Source: Pristiophorus japonicus (taxonomy: Eukaryota). Taken from it: DNA of 64,000 bases. Below, one piece after another: positions 59,775 to 64,000 of this stretch (positions within the stretch are counted from its first letter, which is position 1; each line of letters opens with the position of its first letter). Location: NCBI RefSeq assembly GCF_044704955.1, contig NC_091994.1, forward strand, positions 94,550,001 to 94,614,000, given 5' to 3'. Under the pieces are notes generated by a model. The model searched no databases, was not told the DNA's origin, and saw nothing but the letters and a program-made list of their open reading frames with translations. Position numbers and translations under genes: made by a program.

Positions 59775-60335
59775 CTCAGCAAGTGTATTGTGTTTAATTC
59801 TGGGCACCACACTTTAGGAACAGTGTCAAGGCCTTACCCTTAGAGAAAGTGTAGAGGAGATTTACTAGAATGGTACCGGGATGAGGGACTTCAGTTATAT
59901 GGAGAGGCTGGAGAAGCTGAGGTTATTCTCCATAGAGCAGAGAAGGTTAAAAAGTGGTTTGATAGAGGTGTTCAAAATCATGAACAGTTTTGATAGAGTA
60001 AATAAGGTGAAACTGTTTCCAGTGGCATAAGGCTCGGTAACTAGAAGTCACCGATTTGAGGTAATTGACAAAAGAACCAGAGGTGACATGAGAAAAAAAA
60101 TGTATCCAGCGCGTTGTTGTGTTCTGGAATGCACTGCCTGAAAGGGTAGTGGAAGCAGATTCAATAATAACTTTCAAAAGAGAACTGGATAAATACATGA
60201 AGGGAAAATATTTGCAGAGCTATGGGGAAAGAGCAGGGGAGTGGGACTAATTGGATAGCTCTACCAAAGAGCCGGCACTGGCACGATGGGCCGAATGTTC
60301 TCCTTCTGTACTGTATCTATCGTTCTATGATTCTT
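59775..60335 (+). mobile_element. Old CR1 3' fragment
   Basis: ctggagaagctg...gagcagagaaggttaa...tggaatgcactgcctgaaaggg...gatgggccgaatg tail. Confidence 0.85.
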
Positions 60336-60449
60336 TGAAAATAACTTTTCTTGTTGCTTGGAATTATACCGATCACCTTTTGTTAAATGCATCAATCTTC
60401 TACAAATACCAATGTCAACCTGTTCCAAAAGCTAAAAGGTTTTCAACAC

Positions 60450-60582
60450 AGACAAAAGGTCATCGAACTGAAACATGAACTTTGTTTCTCTCTCCACAGA
60501 TGCTGCTTGACCTGCTGAGTATTTCCAGCATTTTCTGCTTTTATTTCGTATTTCTGGCATCCGCAGTATTTTGCTTTTGTAT
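60450..60582 (+). mobile_element. Penelope-like terminal repeat fragment
   Basis: aaggtcatcgaactgaaacatgaac...ctccacagatgctgcttgacctgctgagtatttccagcattttctg. Confidence 0.65.
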
Positions 60583-61148
60583 TAGACTGTGAGTGTTGGA
60601 TTGTGAGTGTTAGATTGTGAATGTTGAATTGTGAGTGTCAGACTGTGAGTGTCAGACTGTGAGTGTCGGACTGTGAGTGTCGGACTGTGAGTGTCGGACT
60701 GTGAGTGTCGGACTGTGAGTGTCGGACTGTGAGTGTCGGACTGTGAGTGTCGGACAGTGAGTGTCGGACAGTGAGTGTCGGACAGTGAGTGTCGGACAGT
60801 GAGTGTCGGACAGTGAGTGTCGGACAGTGAGTGTCGGACAGTGAGTGTCGGACAGTGAGTGTCGGACAGTGAGTGTCGGACAGTGAGTGTCGGACAGTGA
60901 GTGTCGGACAGTGAGTGTCGGACTGTGAGTGTCGGACTGTGAGTGTCGGACAGTGAGTGTCGGACAGTGAGTGTCGGACAGTGAGTGTCGGACAGTGAGT
61001 GTCGGACAGTGAGTGTCGGACAGTGAGTGTCGGACTGTGAGTGTCGGACTGTGAGTGTCGGACTGTGAGTGTCGGACTGTGAGTGTCGGACTGTGAGTGT
61101 CGGACTGTGAGTGTCGGACTGTGAGTGCCGGACTGTGAGTGTTAGACT
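60583..61148. repeat. 14-bp tandem repeat, ~40 copies
   Basis: Unit cggac(t/a)gtgagtgt. Confidence 0.97.
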
Positions 61149-61815
61149 GGTAGGGTTAGATTTTCCACTTTTTTTGCATGCTTAATGCCCACTTAACGTC
61201 TATTTTAACGCTGAAATGACATATAACGCCCATATATCGCCCATTTAGCCACAAAATAGAAACTGACGGGCATTTTTCGGAAACTTATTACCGAGCGTTA
61301 CTTTCCCCATGTGCATAACGCCAGGAAAAAATAATACCGCCCGCCCACTTTTTTGGGCGGAATCTTTAATCAACGCCCATAATATCGCTCAGCGTTACTT
61401 TCCACACGGAATTAATGCCGAGATTCAATAATACCGCCCGCCCACTTTTTTTTGTCGTAGAGATCATATTTGCCGAAACTAGTGGCCATGTGATTGCCCA
61501 GAGTCACTTTCACCACCTCGCACACATATCGCCCACAATATCACTTGCCCAAAAAAACGCCTGGAAAAAGTGGAACTGTTGTGAACGAATCACAGCGTTA
61601 TGGATGCCATGTTCTACATCACATGTCGCATTCTTTAAAAAGCTGCTCTGATTCAACCTCGGAGGAGTTCGGATGTACTCTGGAGGTCGTTGGAGTTGAT
61701 GTGAACATCTGCACAAACATCTTGACCATACTGTGACCGATTGGAATTGAATAGGTGTCTTCGTCAGGGCATTCCTTGTTTGTGACCAATTGGTGAAAAA
61801 CAGAGAGCTACTGTA

Positions 61816-63026
61816 ATGGGGCCTGTCCTTTCTCACCCTCTCTTGATGACCAATTACATGCTGCAGACTCGAGATGACCGAAGGTACGTTCCACAGCATT
61901 ATGTGCCCAATGTAAGACGTGCCAGACTGATGAGGAGGACCAGACGTTACACCCCCCGCAAGTACAGGGAGAAGCAGTCTTACCTTGACTTGCCCGACAG
62001 CACCTGCCTTTGGAGACTGCGCTTCCACAAAGAGGTTACCACTGAGGTATGCCAGCTCATAAGGGGAGATCTGCAGCCTGCCAGCACCATCAGTACTGCA
62101 CTGTCCGTCGAGGTCAAAGTCACCGCGGCACTGTCATTCTATGCATCGGGTTCTTTTCAGGCCTCAGCTGGCGACATTTGTGGTTTGTGTCAGCATGGCA
62201 CACATTGCTGTATTAGACAGGTCACTGAAGCCCTGTACACACACAGGAGGGACTTGATCAGCTTCCCTATGACCAGGGAGGCACAGAGTGAGAGGGCTCA
62301 AGGATTCTCCAGAATTGCAAATTCCCCAAGGTGCAGGGAGCAATAGACTGTACGCACATCGCGATGCAGGCACCTTTTCAGGATGCAGAGGTTTTCATGA
62401 ACCGCAAGGGATTCCACTCCCTGAATGTCCAACTCATTGTCGACCACCAGCAAATTATAATGGTAGTGAATGCTAAATTTCCGGGCAGCATCCATGAAGC
62501 TCACATCCTGCGTGAGAGCATTGTATCTGACTTGTTTAACAGTCAGCCACAAGGTCAATGTTGGATGCTTGGTGACAAAGGATATGGCTTCGCCATCTGG
62601 CTGATAACCCCCCTGCATGACACCCACACCGAAGCCGAGAGGCGATACAATGAGAGCCACAGAGCCACTCGCAATATCGTGGAGAAAACCATTGGAGTGC
62701 TTAGGCAGCGCTTTAGATGTCTGGACCGCTCAGGAGGCGAGCTCCAATACCACCCTGAGCAGGTAGCTCAATTCGTGGTGGTTTGTTCCATGCTGCACAA
62801 CTTGGCTATCAGGAGGGGACAAGAATTGCCTGATGAGCCTGTCAGTTAGCCTCACCAGAAAGAGGAAGAGGAGGATGAGGAGGCGGACACTGACATCGGG
62901 CCAGACAATCAGGCTGATGCTGAAGCCATGCCCCCGCCCCTCTGTAGACCGCATGAAAAGGCCCATGATGGCATGATAGCTGCAAGAGCCTTACGTCAGG
63001 AGCTCATCAATGATCACTTTGCCTGA
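61816..63026 (+). pseudogene. Harbinger DDE transposase (HARBI1-like), frameshift near 62330 and stop at 62847
   Basis: ALSFYASGSFQ; GAIDCTH; PGSIHEAHIL; LGDKGY; RNIVEKTIGVLRQRFRCL; CSMLHNLA. Confidence 0.92.
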
Positions 63027-63299
63027 AAGAACGTTGGTGTTATTTACAAGGCTGACACACTGCTCGGTGTGCAGGTCATACATATATCAATGGTGGGCAT
63101 CACCTTGGTGACAGTTAAAGTTTAAGTTGATTGAAGTTAAGTGTGATTATACCCTTTGAAGTTAAGGAATCACCAGCGTGTAATGGTGCAGCTATCTGAG
63201 CCAATGTGCTGCATGGTTTTGTTAAATAAAAAACATTTAAACCGAACATTAGTCTGAAATCATCGGTATTTATGTACAAAGCAAGCCTCCCCCCACCCC

Positions 63300-63830
63300 G
63301 CCCCAATTCTCCTCCCCACCTCTTCCCCTTCCCCTTCCCCTCCTGACTCCAAGCCGCCTGGCCAAGGAGGTCCTCAGGCAATGCTTCATTGGGGAGGGGG
63401 GTGAGGGGGTGGGGGGGATGATGGCCGAGGCGCTGCTTGGACGGATACGGGAGAGGACGGTCCCGAGGTGGGAACGTGCTCCGAGCCAGAAGCAAGATGT
63501 TGCTCCTGGCTCTCATGTGTGGTTGGCAATGGGGGTGCGGCACCTTTGGGTGCAGTGCTGTGCTCCGGGACCACTGGGTGCCCTCTGCCACCAGTGTTCC
63601 TGACTACCAGCTCCAGGGCCTCCACCATCCCTTCCATGTTATATATTATTTGTTGGACAAAAACTCAGTGCCAACTACGTTGTTGGTGCTTAGTAGGCTT
63701 TTTGCTGCTGGTGAATTTCACTCGTGCTTCCCACAACAGCCAAACAAGCACACACCACAGCCACACATGCCTTCAGTCCCTCTCAGCTCCCTCTTTCTCT
63801 GTCTCCTCTTCTGCCCATATAATGATGACC
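63300..63830 (-). pseudogene. C-terminal remnant of the Harbinger second (Myb/SANT-type) gene
   Basis: Convergent with the transposase, Pro/Arg/Gly-rich C-terminus; Myb domain itself not seen (inferred from element layout). Confidence 0.45.
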
Positions 63831-64000
63831 CTTGATCTCCTGAATCGTGGGAATCGAGCGTTGCCGTGCCGTTGCTAAGAACGGCGACACTTTACGGAAG
63901 GTCAGCGAGATTTAACGCTACCGTCCATTTCATATCGCTTGCAGTAACGCCCAATTTCAAAAATGGAGACTTGGTGCTTTGAGAATGGGCAAGAAGCCGG

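Larger units (their letters stand above)
61153..64000 (+). mobile_element. PIF/Harbinger DNA transposon, degraded; runs off the window
   Basis: Left terminus GGGTTAGATTTTCC with subterminal (a/t)cgccca repeats that recur at 63900-64000; transposase plus a convergent second ORF. Confidence 0.85.

Noticed and set aside
61816-63026. Domesticated HARBI1 gene
   Set aside because: Frameshift and stop, with TIR, subterminal repeats and second ORF present, so it is a transposon copy.

Overview
Eukaryotic, repeat-saturated vertebrate DNA. The repeat fauna (CR1 LINEs with (TTCTTATG)n/(TTTCTATG)n tails, Deu-domain SacSINE1-like SINEs, AmnSINE2-like and LF-SINE-like relics, RTE, Tx1, Penelope ends) points to a cartilaginous fish (shark). 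I see no intact cellular gene. The left 16 kb is a giant, decayed Ser/Thr/Pro-rich mucin-type exon on the minus strand. It has an intact-looking splice acceptor at 16267 and a cryptic ~450-480 bp repeat unit, and is broken by stops, frameshifts and TE insertions. The rest looks like its upstream intron(s): nested CR1s, two full-length Gypsy (Mag-like) LTR elements with 5-bp TSDs, and a 7.2-kb class I (epsilon/gamma-like) endogenous retrovirus. The ERV has a tRNA-Gln PBS, an array of hairpins just after the splice donor, a multiply deleted gag/RT and a gamma-type env, and sits inside an RTE fragment flanked by a 65-bp duplication. Also present are MITEs, a degraded Harbinger transposon, several minisatellites and a cluster of three octamer motifs in unique sequence. 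All assignments are by eye; no database search was run.
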